From the sequence record OZ335963.1: a stretch of DNA of 64,000 nt; one strand, given 5' to 3'. The notes below the pieces were generated by a model. That model did no database searches and had not been told where the DNA came from. It saw nothing but the letters and a program-made list of their open reading frames with translations. This document shows, one piece after another, positions 33,385 through 44,506 of the stretch; the first letter of the stretch is position 1; each line of letters opens with the position of its first letter. Origin of the DNA: a phage. The position numbers and the translations under genes were made by a program.

Positions 33385-33839
33385 AGAGAGTCTCTTAATA
33401 GGTTTAACACATCAATAAATTCAGCTTCGGTTAGTATTGTATCATCTTTTGTTAGACCACTAGCCATGCTGTGCTTCAAAACTTTTCCTTTCGAGGCTTG
33501 TAACGCATCACGAAAGCCCTTGTTTTGGAACGCTGCTTCAAAATATGCATTTGTGTATAATTCTTTCCACGCTGGAGAGTATCTTGAAAACGGAACTCCA
33601 AGCCAGAAGAGGGTCCCACGGTCCTGAGCTCTAGCATAAGACCTTCCGGCTTGTTGGGCGGCAAGCCCGGATAACCCAAATATACGACGTTGCTGTTCAA
33701 TATTTTTCACTTTACACCCTTGGAGGAATCCTTCGAGACCTCCAAATTGGATACCATCCATAACGAAAGGCCATTGGGCGAAATTGCTTAATGCGCATGA
33801 TGGCCATTTAAAATTGCTTCTTATCTCTAGCTCAGACAT
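33381..33839 (-). CDS. NADAR/YbiA-like domain protein (30.3-like)
   Basis: ORF track opens at TTG; first ATG 33839; motif LSNFAQWPFVMDG...LEGFLQGCK resembles YbiA SNFAAWP...DG...EHYFQAQK. Confidence 0.6.
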   Translation of the reverse strand: MSELEIRSNFKWPSCALSNFAQWPFVMDGIQFGGLEGFLQGCKVKNIEQQRRIFGLSGLAAQQAGRSYARAQDRGTLFWLGVPFSRYSPAWKELYTNAYFEAAFQNKGFRDALQASKGKVLKHSMASGLTKDDTILTEAEFIDVLNLLRDSL

Positions 33840-34038
33840 TTTCAATACTTATAATTTCAACATCAGCCCAATGACCATAGCAAGGAAGACGAAATTCAAC
33901 TGGCCAGTTAGGGTCCTTTTCTAATATAATAGACTCAACTTGTGGTTCTTCATGTTCATCAGTATATGGATTTTTATCTGTTACTTTATATGTGACCTTA
34001 ATGTACTGAATTCCAAAAATCTTATTAATTATATTCAT
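33832..34038 (-). CDS. Hypothetical protein
   Basis: 68-aa ORF in coupled minus-strand array. Confidence 0.45.
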   Translation of the reverse strand: MNIINKIFGIQYIKVTYKVTDKNPYTDEHEEPQVESIILEKDPNWPVEFRLPCYGHWADVEIISIENV

Positions 34039-34232
34039 ACTAATTCCTTTAATCCGTAAATAGGAGATAATTCATCGCCCATACGAAGGTCTTCATTTCC
34101 ATCTACCCAAGAAACAATATAAGCCTCTTTTATTTGAATACCACTCCATTTAAATGGAGGTAGAACCTTAGAAATTAATCCAGGTATACCAACTCCCTTT
34201 AATTCAACAGTTTGACCTAAAAAGAATTTCAT
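34035..34232 (-). CDS. Hypothetical protein
   Basis: 65-aa ORF, coupled. Confidence 0.45.
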   Translation of the reverse strand: MKFFLGQTVELKGVGIPGLISKVLPPFKWSGIQIKEAYIVSWVDGNEDLRMGDELSPIYGLKELV

Positions 34233-34519
34233 TAGAACCTCATCTGAAAACCGTGCGATTTAACATTACCGCCGCCAATATCAGAAATGTTAATTTCACG
34301 CGCAATTGAAGGGTCAATGTCAATTTCACGATTGAATTTAGTGATAGCTAAAGTATCGCGCCCATTTACAGTACGGAATTCTAAAGGACATACTACATTA
34401 ACGTAGTTTTTAATCGATTCGCTAGTAGGTTGCAAATGAGCAGGAAGGTCTTTAGGCGCCTTAGAGAAAACTACTTCGCAGAAGTTTTTACGAGTATCAA
34501 AATAAGTAGTCATAAACAT
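34232..34519 (-). CDS. Hypothetical protein
   Basis: 95-aa ORF with GAGGAAAA Shine-Dalgarno. Confidence 0.5.
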   Translation of the reverse strand: MFMTTYFDTRKNFCEVVFSKAPKDLPAHLQPTSESIKNYVNVVCPLEFRTVNGRDTLAITKFNREIDIDPSIAREINISDIGGGNVKSHGFQMRF

Positions 34520-34546
34520 AGTATTTTCCTCAGTAAGGGGCCGAAG

Positions 34547-34572
34547 CCCCTTATTTTATTTTAAATATCAAA
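34547..34572 (+). terminator. Plus-oriented hairpin with T tract inside a minus-strand gene block
   Basis: GGGGC-CGAA-GCCCC followed by TTATTTTATTTT on plus strand. Confidence 0.45.
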
Positions 34573-34926
34573 TTCGTTAAGAACTACATCAAAGATTGCT
34601 TCAAGATGCTCAGGTTTAGCTCTGTTACTCAGAATATGACGAATCCAAGTTTTAACCAGAAGTTTACGATTAACACCATTCCAGCAAGGATGAGTCCCTA
34701 AATCGCGTTGGCGAAAATCATCATCCAGAGCGATTTTAAAAGAAGAACCTTCTTTCGTGATTGAAACCGTGATGCCATTTTCAAATCGCATATAAACGTA
34801 GTTAGGAGTCATATACTGTTCAATTTCGCATACTGATCCATTTTGATGTTTCCAAAGGCAGATAGTATCAATAGAACCTGCAATACCGTTAGAAACATAT
34901 TTACGTTCAAAGTTGATGTAGTTCAT
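34561..34926 (-). CDS. Hypothetical protein
   Basis: 121-aa ORF with sigma70-like promoter upstream. Confidence 0.55.
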   Translation of the reverse strand: MNYINFERKYVSNGIAGSIDTICLWKHQNGSVCEIEQYMTPNYVYMRFENGITVSITKEGSSFKIALDDDFRQRDLGTHPCWNGVNRKLLVKTWIRHILSNRAKPEHLEAIFDVVLNEFDI

Positions 34927-34963
34927 TTTTATTCTCCGAGATGTTTAATTGCGGTACAGGTAT

Positions 34964-34992
34964 ATAATATCATATCCTGTACCAAAGTAAAC
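34964..34992 (-). promoter_or_regulatory. Candidate early promoter overlapping an 8-bp inverted repeat
   Basis: Minus strand GTTTAC, 17 nt, TATTAT; inverted repeat GGTACAGG / CCTGTACC at 34953-34983. Confidence 0.4.
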
Positions 34993-34994
34993 AA

Positions 34995-35327
34995 TTATTT
35001 TACTACTTTCCAATGTTGCATGTCAAGTTTACCAACTTTTTTCATCTTCTCAATTAAGCGTTCGGCACGTTGGCGAGCTGTAACATAATACCATTCACCT
35101 AATTCATTTTGTTCAATTTTTCCAACGATTACTGTATTCAATTCATAAATCCAACCAGTAAAGAAATTATGAACTTGAATTGCAAAGGTGAAATCTGTTC
35201 CCATACCTTCTGTTGTTTCTACTTCAATAATATCACCTTCAACTGCCATTAAGAACCACATAGTTTCATCATATTTACCGTTGAAGCATTTAGTTTTAAC
35301 TGTAGCGTTCAGATTAATCGTTTTCAT
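34995..35327 (-). CDS. Hypothetical protein
   Basis: 110-aa ORF. Confidence 0.55.
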   Translation of the reverse strand: MKTINLNATVKTKCFNGKYDETMWFLMAVEGDIIEVETTEGMGTDFTFAIQVHNFFTGWIYELNTVIVGKIEQNELGEWYYVTARQRAERLIEKMKKVGKLDMQHWKVVK

Positions 35328-35401
35328 TTTATTCTCCTTTGTTTGTGTAAGATAATACTATCACAAAGGAACCATACTGTAAACAACTTTGTGCAATCTT
35401 T

Positions 35402-35432
35402 GAAAAATAAAAAAGGACTCCCGAAGGAGTCC
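35402..35432 (-). terminator. Strong terminator after the 30.9-like gene
   Basis: GGACTCC-CGAA-GGAGTCC; minus strand continues UUUUUUAUUUUUC. Confidence 0.75.
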
Positions 35433-35437
35433 TCAAC

Positions 35438-35614
35438 TTATGCTTTCTGCTTACCAAAACGAGAAGCATCATCTCGAAGAACCGCACGTGCTCGGCGCAT
35501 GATCTTCTCAACAGTTTGATTGATACGAGAGTTCGACCCACGCTTGTAACCAGCGCGTTTAGAATCACCAACTTTCTTTTCAACTGCTTTCTTTGCTTTA
35601 GCTTGTTTTGCCAT
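35438..35614 (-). CDS. Small highly basic protein (30.9-like)
   Basis: 58 aa from ATG 35614 (MAKQAKAKKAVEKK...); followed by strong minus-strand terminator. Confidence 0.5.
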   Translation of the reverse strand: MAKQAKAKKAVEKKVGDSKRAGYKRGSNSRINQTVEKIMRRARAVLRDDASRFGKQKA

Positions 35615-35656
35615 TATAAATTCTCTTTTAAATGAAAATGCAGGACTTATTGGCAT

Positions 35657-36011
35657 TGCCTGCGAAAGCCCTCAAGGGGTACTTAGGTTTTGAATATTTA
35701 CCGACAGGATAACCATAAACCTCGTCAACATACCTTATAGCTCTTATCTGTTGCACACCGTTAGCTTAAAGGTTCCGGGTTCGATTTCTCGAGGATAAGA
35801 TATATACTGATGGATATATAGGCCTTGAGGCGTACTCCCGATTGGCCATCACCTCGGGGTAGCATGCACTTGCCGCTATAAGAATAACATTCAAGAGGTA
35901 CACCGTAAAACTGCCGGGGTCTTAAAACTATAATGATTCGCAAATCATTAATCAGACAGTTCGACGGCTCCTCGATTTTAGCTCACACTAAGGCAGTGAA
36001 TCTCCAATAAA
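35657..36011. other. Non-coding GC-richer island with local hairpins between rIII and the 30.9-like gene
   Basis: About 355 bp without a credible ORF on either strand; GC-richer than flanks; hairpins CCCGA/TCGGG (35837-35858) and TAATGATT-CGCA-AATCATTA (35931-35950). Confidence 0.5.
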
Positions 36012-36260
36012 TTACTTCAGTGTTACCACAAAGTGACGAACTGCTTTTCGTGCGGCAGAAGCCAGAGGCTTAGCATATTTAAGTTCATCTTTTTCCTGAA
36101 GCTCAACAGCTAATGCAGTTTGAGCAGGATTCAGATGTTTGAAATAACGCAGGATTTCAAGAGCTTCGGCTTCAACATCAATAGATGCGCCATAGTTTTC
36201 GTGACCATTATTCCATGCGTTTCGTTGCAGTTCAAGAGCGTGTTGTAATTGTTTAATCAT
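36012..36260 (-). CDS. rIII: rIII lysis inhibition accessory protein
   Basis: 82-aa ORF, T4 rIII length and position. Confidence 0.85.
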   Translation of the reverse strand: MIKQLQHALELQRNAWNNGHENYGASIDVEAEALEILRYFKHLNPAQTALAVELQEKDELKYAKPLASAARKAVRHFVVTLK

Positions 36261-36407
36261 TTAAAAATTCTCGTTAGAGATTAAAACTCGGTAGTCACGT
36301 TCTTCTGAATTTCATCTTCTTTCGACAGATCTCTCAGTTGTAGACTACCACATAGAATTGTTCGGTTAACTTATTATTCCGACACCCAATTCATATTATT
36401 ATTTATA

Positions 36408-36743
36408 TCACTTATAAAGACACGGAATAGCTTTATAGTGACAGGTAACAAATTTTTGTTTAATTTCTTTTGGCTGCTTAAGACCCAGAGCTACAAAAGG
36501 ATGCGGAACGTTTCGAATTTGACCAACTGGAAGAGAAGTCAAATCACCAACTTCACAGAAACCTTCAGGAACATCAGGACCAACAGAGTGAATTACACAC
36601 AGTTCAGGAACTTCACCTTGAACACGTTTACCGATAATAAGTCCTGATTCTGTAACTTCTTCATCACCGGCTTGTGCAGGTTCAGAAACTAAAATAACAT
36701 ATTCACCGACAGCACGAATTGGTAGCTGTTGTACTTCAGACAT
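36408..36743 (-). CDS. 31: Co-chaperonin for GroEL (GroES-like)
   Basis: 111 aa from second ATG ([19 protein letters not shown]...); matches T4 gp31 as remembered. Confidence 0.93.
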   Translation of the reverse strand: MSEVQQLPIRAVGEYVILVSEPAQAGDEEVTESGLIIGKRVQGEVPELCVIHSVGPDVPEGFCEVGDLTSLPVGQIRNVPHPFVALGLKQPKEIKQKFVTCHYKAIPCLYK

Positions 36744-36799
36744 CATTTTTCCTTTTTGTTAACAGATGAATTAATAATAACAAATAATTCTTAAAGCAT

Positions 36800-37108
36800 T
36801 TATTTACCAATAAATTGGAGCAAATGCTCAACTTTCATACCATTAACGGAAATCAATTTGTCAATAGAAAAACCTCGCCATGCACCAAGCTCAACATCAA
36901 ATACTGGAACCATATCAGTAGATTCTTTCCGAGTAGATTCAGTCAATTTACCAGTTTGCATGGTTGGCATAAAGTCAGCATCACGAGTACCTTTCATAGT
37001 ACGAATAGTGCCATCAGACTTTTCAAAAACTACATTTGAAATACCCATGGACAATTTAGTTTTCAAAATTTCGCGAATTGCTACTTTTTGTTCAGTCGTC
37101 AGTTTCAT
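36800..37108 (-). CDS. Hypothetical protein (31.1-like)
   Basis: 102-aa ORF. Confidence 0.55.
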   Translation of the reverse strand: MKLTTEQKVAIREILKTKLSMGISNVVFEKSDGTIRTMKGTRDADFMPTMQTGKLTESTRKESTDMVPVFDVELGAWRGFSIDKLISVNGMKVEHLLQFIGK

Positions 37109-37345
37109 TTATTTACCTATTACAGTTTTAATATGAGTTGTTCCACGTTCTTTAAGAGTGGAAAGCAACTTTTGGCATTTTTCTAAATCAGATTTCCAAC
37201 TATACGGTCTATCAATACTAGTCCAGTCAGTTTTATAATACTGTTTCCATTTAGAGAAAAAATATTTCTTATACTCTACAGCAAATGAAATGTTCTCGTT
37301 AGAATAAGAACTAATTGCTGTGAGTTGTACCAAACGAAATTTCAT
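37109..37345 (-). CDS. Hypothetical protein (31.2-like)
   Basis: 78-aa ORF. Confidence 0.5.
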   Translation of the reverse strand: MKFRLVQLTAISSYSNENISFAVEYKKYFFSKWKQYYKTDWTSIDRPYSWKSDLEKCQKLLSTLKERGTTHIKTVIGK

Positions 37346-37926
37346 TATTCACCACAGAATTCGTTGATATTTTCCCAGTTTAACTTATTCAAGTTTTTCT
37401 TAGGAACATTAAACACTTCAATACCTGCATTTCGCAGAATATCATCCCAGCCAGGTTTATTTTTATCGTATGTTTCGCAATAAACCAGCTTTTTAATTCC
37501 AGATTGAGCTATTGCTTTTGCACAATCTGGGCAAGGAGAAAGTGTTACATACATAGTAGCACCTTCAATTGAAGAACCGTTTCGTGCAGCAAACAAAATC
37601 GCATTTAGTTCAGCATGAATTTCATTTTTAGACGACCATTCAGAGTGAGCGCTACGGTGTTCTTTCGCCAAGACAAAACGATCAGTTGAACCAAACGATA
37701 CACATTCAGGCTTATGACCTTGAATGATAGTATGTTTAGGTTTATTCAGCAACCAACCTTGCTCAGCAGCATAATCACAGCAGTTCACACCCCCGGCAGG
37801 TGAACCATTATATCCGGTAGAAATAATACGTCCATTCTTTTCAATTACTGCTCCTACCTTCCAGGAGCAACATTTTGATTCTTGTGATACTAAATATGCA
37901 ATTTGAAGTACTGTACTCGCTTTCAT
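37345..37926 (-). CDS. cd: dCMP deaminase
   Basis: 193-aa ORF with zinc-binding deaminase motifs HAELNAI...PCPDCAKAI. Confidence 0.93.
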   Translation of the reverse strand: MKASTVLQIAYLVSQESKCCSWKVGAVIEKNGRIISTGYNGSPAGGVNCCDYAAEQGWLLNKPKHTIIQGHKPECVSFGSTDRFVLAKEHRSAHSEWSSKNEIHAELNAILFAARNGSSIEGATMYVTLSPCPDCAKAIAQSGIKKLVYCETYDKNKPGWDDILRNAGIEVFNVPKKNLNKLNWENINEFCGE

Positions 37927-38261
37927 TTCATAATCACCAGATAAGCAGATTTAGCAGTTTCAACACGATAAATTTCGTGACGAAGTTTAGTTATACTTTT
38001 AATAACAGAACTAATTATATTCTGCCCATCTTTAAAGCGGTTTTTCTTATCAATAAAAATTGCGCCAACCATCTTTTTGTGAAGCTCAACTGGATACTTC
38101 GTCACAATAATAGCATCATACACAGAAGGATGAATACTGTTCACCAGAGTATCGTTCATTAAAGTTATTCTAATGAACTGTGCTGTTTCAGAATCAAGCG
38201 CTCTATGATCGCCAGTATCATTTTCAAGACAAGTATCAATTATATCAGTTAAATTCATCAT
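37923..38261 (-). CDS. Hypothetical protein (cd.1-like)
   Basis: 112-aa ORF. Confidence 0.55.
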   Translation of the reverse strand: MMNLTDIIDTCLENDTGDHRALDSETAQFIRITLMNDTLVNSIHPSVYDAIIVTKYPVELHKKMVGAIFIDKKNRFKDGQNIISSVIKSITKLRHEIYRVETAKSAYLVIMK

Positions 38262-38494
38262 AGTACGCCATACACCCTTTGTGCTTCAACTAATCCATCA
38301 AAATCCAATTTAAGATGTGTTATTTGGTCACCATCACCTGGATTCACAATTACTAATACTGAACGAGGAGTTTCGGTAATAACGCGAACCGATGTTTCTG
38401 GAAATCGTTCAGAAACCTTATTTACCAATTCTTGAGCAAATATTTTAACTTTTTCTTGGAATTCTTTAACAGTAATTGGTTTTTCACTTAGCAT
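38258..38494 (-). CDS. Hypothetical protein (cd.2-like)
   Basis: 78-aa ORF. Confidence 0.5.
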   Translation of the reverse strand: MLSEKPITVKEFQEKVKIFAQELVNKVSERFPETSVRVITETPRSVLVIVNPGDGDQITHLKLDFDGLVEAQRVYGVL

Positions 38495-39015
38495 GTTGAT
38501 CCCAGCTCCTTACTTTCAACGTTTTTAACTAATTTGACAGAAACTAATTCAGCATCTTGAGTAATCATTACCGGACCTTCTTCATACTCTTCGAGATATT
38601 CTAGAGCTTTCTTTTTAGCTTCTTCCTTCGTATCAGTTTGAGCATAGATATAAAACATACAACCAGTAATACCTACTACTTTCCACTTAATTTCTTTATC
38701 AGTTTTAATTTCAAATTTACTGACAGAATCATCTTTTTGAACTTCTTCGAAAAAAGAATATTCTAACATATAAGCAATTGAAAATAACGGGCTAACTTTA
38801 TAGGATTCGCCCATTACATCAACAGCTTTATACCAGCAATCATCAATTTCACGTTTAATGCTAATAACATTTTTCGCAGGATCTATTTTTACTTTAAATG
38901 AATTTTCCCCAATAAACTGAGCAATTCGTTTATTAGCCCCACAGGTTTCATTAAAAATATCTTTATATCCAGCTTTAAAGCGATAAACCTTATCTTCTTC
39001 AAACCATTCGCTCAT
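38488..39015 (-). CDS. Hypothetical protein (cd.3-like)
   Basis: 175-aa ORF. Confidence 0.55.
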   Translation of the reverse strand: MSEWFEEDKVYRFKAGYKDIFNETCGANKRIAQFIGENSFKVKIDPAKNVISIKREIDDCWYKAVDVMGESYKVSPLFSIAYMLEYSFFEEVQKDDSVSKFEIKTDKEIKWKVVGITGCMFYIYAQTDTKEEAKKKALEYLEEYEEGPVMITQDAELVSVKLVKNVESKELGSTC

Positions 39016-39077
39016 TTCAATTTCCTCATTTGTTTTGGTAGAGCTATAATATCACAACTCTACCGTAAAGTAAACTA

Positions 39078-39353
39078 TTAAATTGCTTTGAATTCTGCTG
39101 TCTGCGATTCAAAACGAATATCGCCTTTGATGACTAGCTCAGCATCAAGACCGAATACGACAATGATATGCGCGGAACCTGGATACAGCGTAATTGCAAT
39201 AGAATCCACTTGGTCTGGAAGCAAAGCGTTCAATACATGAGTCACTTGAGCATGAATTCGAAGCTCAGCTGCGTTATCAAGCTTTTCAAACATGTTATTA
39301 GCGATAATTTGGCTAAACACTACTTCTACGATTTTAGAGTAAGTCGGAAACAT
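39078..39353 (-). CDS. Hypothetical protein (cd.4-like)
   Basis: 91-aa ORF. Confidence 0.5.
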   Translation of the reverse strand: MFPTYSKIVEVVFSQIIANNMFEKLDNAAELRIHAQVTHVLNALLPDQVDSIAITLYPGSAHIIVVFGLDAELVIKGDIRFESQTAEFKAI

Positions 39354-39355
39354 AT

Positions 39356-39556
39356 TTACCTCACATAATTTTCTTCAAGCCAATCAATAACATCCAAAGC
39401 GTTATCAAAAATTGAACCATCTACTTTGTCTTCTGTTTCATAATCAAGAACATCTAATCCTACTCTTCCATCAACAATAGGCCATAAACAAAATAGATAT
39501 TTCTTTTCTTTTTCAATTTTATCACAAAGACGATAAATCTTTTCTAGATTATTCAT
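39356..39556 (-). CDS. Hypothetical protein
   Basis: 66-aa ORF. Confidence 0.45.
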   Translation of the reverse strand: MNNLEKIYRLCDKIEKEKKYLFCLWPIVDGRVGLDVLDYETEDKVDGSIFDNALDVIDWLEENYVR

Positions 39557-39748
39557 AAGTTTTCCACGGTAAAGGCAGTTTAGTTTTCTTTACTGTTAGT
39601 TCAACATCAGGATTCTTTTCCCTTAATTTAAGGCATTCCTCCCAAGCTCTGATTTCACTAGTGAATACACAAAATTGCCCATTACTAGTACCAACTAAAC
39701 CACTATTTACAATAATAATAATAGCCCAAGTTTCATGATGTAAAGCCA

Positions 39749-39749
<1 letters not shown>
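39549..39749 (-). CDS. Hypothetical protein
   Basis: 66-aa ORF abutting pseT. Confidence 0.45.
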
Positions 39750-40956
<1,207 letters not shown>

Positions 40957-40959
40957 TTA

Positions 40960-41190
40960 TTATTTCTCAACCAATGATTGAATATAATCATGCAGGTCTT
41001 TGGATGCTTTACCCCACTTATTTTGGTATTCATTTTTAAGATTAGCACGTGATTGAGCTAATAAAACATCATTAGTTGGAGGTAAAGATTCTAACCGCTG
41101 AATCTGGCGTCCGTAAATCATTGCAGCCATCTCGGATTCATAAATCAATCCTTTGAGATGTTCAAATTGATGCCATGAAATCATTTGCAT
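40960..41190 (-). CDS. Hypothetical protein
   Basis: 76-aa ORF. Confidence 0.45.
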   Translation of the reverse strand: MQMISWHQFEHLKGLIYESEMAAMIYGRQIQRLESLPPTNDVLLAQSRANLKNEYQNKWGKASKDLHDYIQSLVEK

Positions 41191-41480
41191 TTATCCTCTT
41201 TTAACTCTTGGCGATAATAACATATCATAGTTTTCTGATCATGTACATATCGTTTTACATCATTAAGCCAAATACGAAATTCCTGGGAATCTTCGAATGG
41301 CATACCGACCCAAGCTTTACCATCAATAACTTTAACTTGCCAAGATAGTTTAGCTTCATCATATGACTTTATTTGTACTGGCCAATTAGGATGAACTGTT
41401 TCTTTCTTTACTTCTAGAGGCTTTGTCGAACAACCAACTAGAAGACCAATAGATAATATTAATGCTGATAGTTTAATCAT
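41181..41480 (-). CDS. Putative outer-membrane lipoprotein (o-spanin-like)
   Basis: 99-aa ORF with lipoprotein signal MIKLSALILSIGLLVGC. Confidence 0.65.
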   Translation of the reverse strand: MIKLSALILSIGLLVGCSTKPLEVKKETVHPNWPVQIKSYDEAKLSWQVKVIDGKAWVGMPFEDSQEFRIWLNDVKRYVHDQKTMICYYRQELKEDKCK

Positions 41481-41830
41481 TTAGAAAGGTCCTGGATGTC
41501 TTCTGCGAACTTGTTGAAGGAGTTGTTGATTTGTTTTTCAACCAATCCTGGCTTATGAGCCACCACATCCGCCTTCTTTGCGTCTTTGCGCAGTTTTTCA
41601 TTTTCACGCTCAATAGCAGCAATTGCCTCACGATTTTTATTATTCATCGCATCAATATAATTATACTGAATTCGCAAATTATTTAATGCTAAAGCGTTTT
41701 CATTGGCCGTTTTTGTAATTTCTACAACAGACGTTTCTAATCTTTCAATTTTATTTTTTAAAATTAAAGAAGTTCCGCCCAATGCAATTACAATTAATAA
41801 CAAGCCTGTTGTCGTATTACTTAATTGCAT
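41477..41830 (-). CDS. Putative inner-membrane spanin (i-spanin-like)
   Basis: 117-aa ORF; N-terminal transmembrane segment then coiled-coil-like region; overlaps the lipoprotein gene. Confidence 0.65.
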   Translation of the reverse strand: MQLSNTTTGLLLIVIALGGTSLILKNKIERLETSVVEITKTANENALALNNLRIQYNYIDAMNNKNREAIAAIERENEKLRKDAKKADVVAHKPGLVEKQINNSFNKFAEDIQDLSK

Positions 41831-42324
41831 AAAGTTTTAATAACCTCTACAATATCGTCTTGAGAAAGACCGTTAATTAAAATATGATGTTCAGCTGGAG
41901 ATTTAGAAATTTTAAAGCATGCCTCAACATCTTCTGCCATATCCGATGCGCTACGATTTGGATTACTAATTCCAAGACGATGTTTTCCCGTTAAAGGATT
42001 AACGATGATATAGCATTTACAGTTGTTAATATGAACATTAGGTTGAGTCTGATTAATGAATACATCACAATCATATTTCGCAAGCTGATTTTCTAAAAAG
42101 ACTTTCATCTCCTCAACCGCATCAGGAAGCATATCACGAGCTTGCTCAAGACGACGATTTCGATATTCTTTAATGGTCGTTTTCCGCTTGACTTGCTTAG
42201 CTAAATCTTTCTTAAGATCGGTGATATATCCAACTCGACGATTTCCTTTAAATACAGAAATCCCATCTGTAGTATCACCGTATGCTTCAACGACCATCTC
42301 AGTAGTAATAAGCTGCAAATCCAT
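41821..42324 (-). CDS. alc: Alc host transcription shutoff protein
   Basis: 167 aa from second ATG, T4 Alc length and position; early promoter upstream. Confidence 0.85.
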   Translation of the reverse strand: MDLQLITTEMVVEAYGDTTDGISVFKGNRRVGYITDLKKDLAKQVKRKTTIKEYRNRRLEQARDMLPDAVEEMKVFLENQLAKYDCDVFINQTQPNVHINNCKCYIIVNPLTGKHRLGISNPNRSASDMAEDVEACFKISKSPAEHHILINGLSQDDIVEVIKTLCN

Positions 42325-42355
42325 CATAAAGTCCTCATGTTATGTCAGTAAGATT

Positions 42356-42384
42356 ATTATAACACAACACGAGGGACTTGTAAA
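42356..42384 (-). promoter_or_regulatory. Early sigma70-type promoter upstream of alc (duplicate of the 26398-26426 module)
   Basis: Minus strand -35 TTTACA at 42379-42384, -10 TATAAT at 42356-42361, 17-nt spacer. Confidence 0.65.
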
Positions 42385-42388
42385 CAGC

Positions 42389-43976
<1,588 letters not shown>

Positions 43977-43998
43977 AATAAAATGGGCCTTGCGGCCC
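43977..43998 (-). terminator. Hairpin between nrdB and denA
   Basis: GGGCC-TTGC-GGCCC; minus strand followed by AUUUUAUU then denA ATG. Confidence 0.5.
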
Positions 43999-44003
43999 AC
44001 TCC

Positions 44004-44506
44004 TTAAAAATATTTTTTAAAACTCATCATAACTTTATCATCAACATCATTATCAATCTGTGCTACAAGATAAGATGAAAGTTCTACTTCTTGTGGCGCG
44101 GATTGAACATTATCAGAATTAAGGTATTCACGAATCCAAGGATACGGATGTTTAACCGGAGCATCGGTAATTGGGCATGGAAGACCACACTGTTTCATAC
44201 GAGATACAGTCAAGTAATCAATAAAGTTCCACATGCTATTTGTATTTAATCCAGGAACATCGCCATCTTTAAATAAATGAACTGCCCAGTCTTTTTCTTG
44301 ACGGTTAACTTCCATGAAAATATCAACTGCTTCTTGTTCACACTCTTGGGCGATTTTAACCCATTCATCACCATCAGTGCCAAGTTGAAGTTGACGAATA
44401 ATATATTGGGTGCCTTTAAGGTGAAGCTGCTCATCACGTGCAATAAACTTCATAATCTTGGCATTACCTTCCATGATTTCCATGTTCTTATGGAAGTTGA
44501 AAGTAC
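44004..44506 (-). CDS. nrdB: Ribonucleotide reductase small subunit NrdB, exon 2
   Basis: In-frame continuation ...TFNFHKNMEIMEGNAKIM...; splice acceptor after intronic G at 44507 inferred from frame and R2 family conservation. Confidence 0.8.

Noticed and set aside
35329-35583. 84-aa minus-strand ORF overlapping the 30.9-like gene
   Set aside because: Hydrophobic low-complexity product in an alternative frame, running through the terminator hairpin; the overlapping basic-protein frame is the credible gene.
35771-35795. tRNA-like T-loop motif GGGTTCGATT
   Set aside because: Flanking bases (CCGGG versus TCTCG) cannot form a T-stem and no acceptor/anticodon arms or CCA end could be built by eye; at most a degraded tRNA remnant. 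Needs tRNAscan-SE to settle.
35761-35943. 60-aa minus-strand ORF inside the non-coding island
   Set aside because: Low-complexity, no Shine-Dalgarno sequence, lies in the GC-rich structured segment; more likely RNA or remnant than protein.
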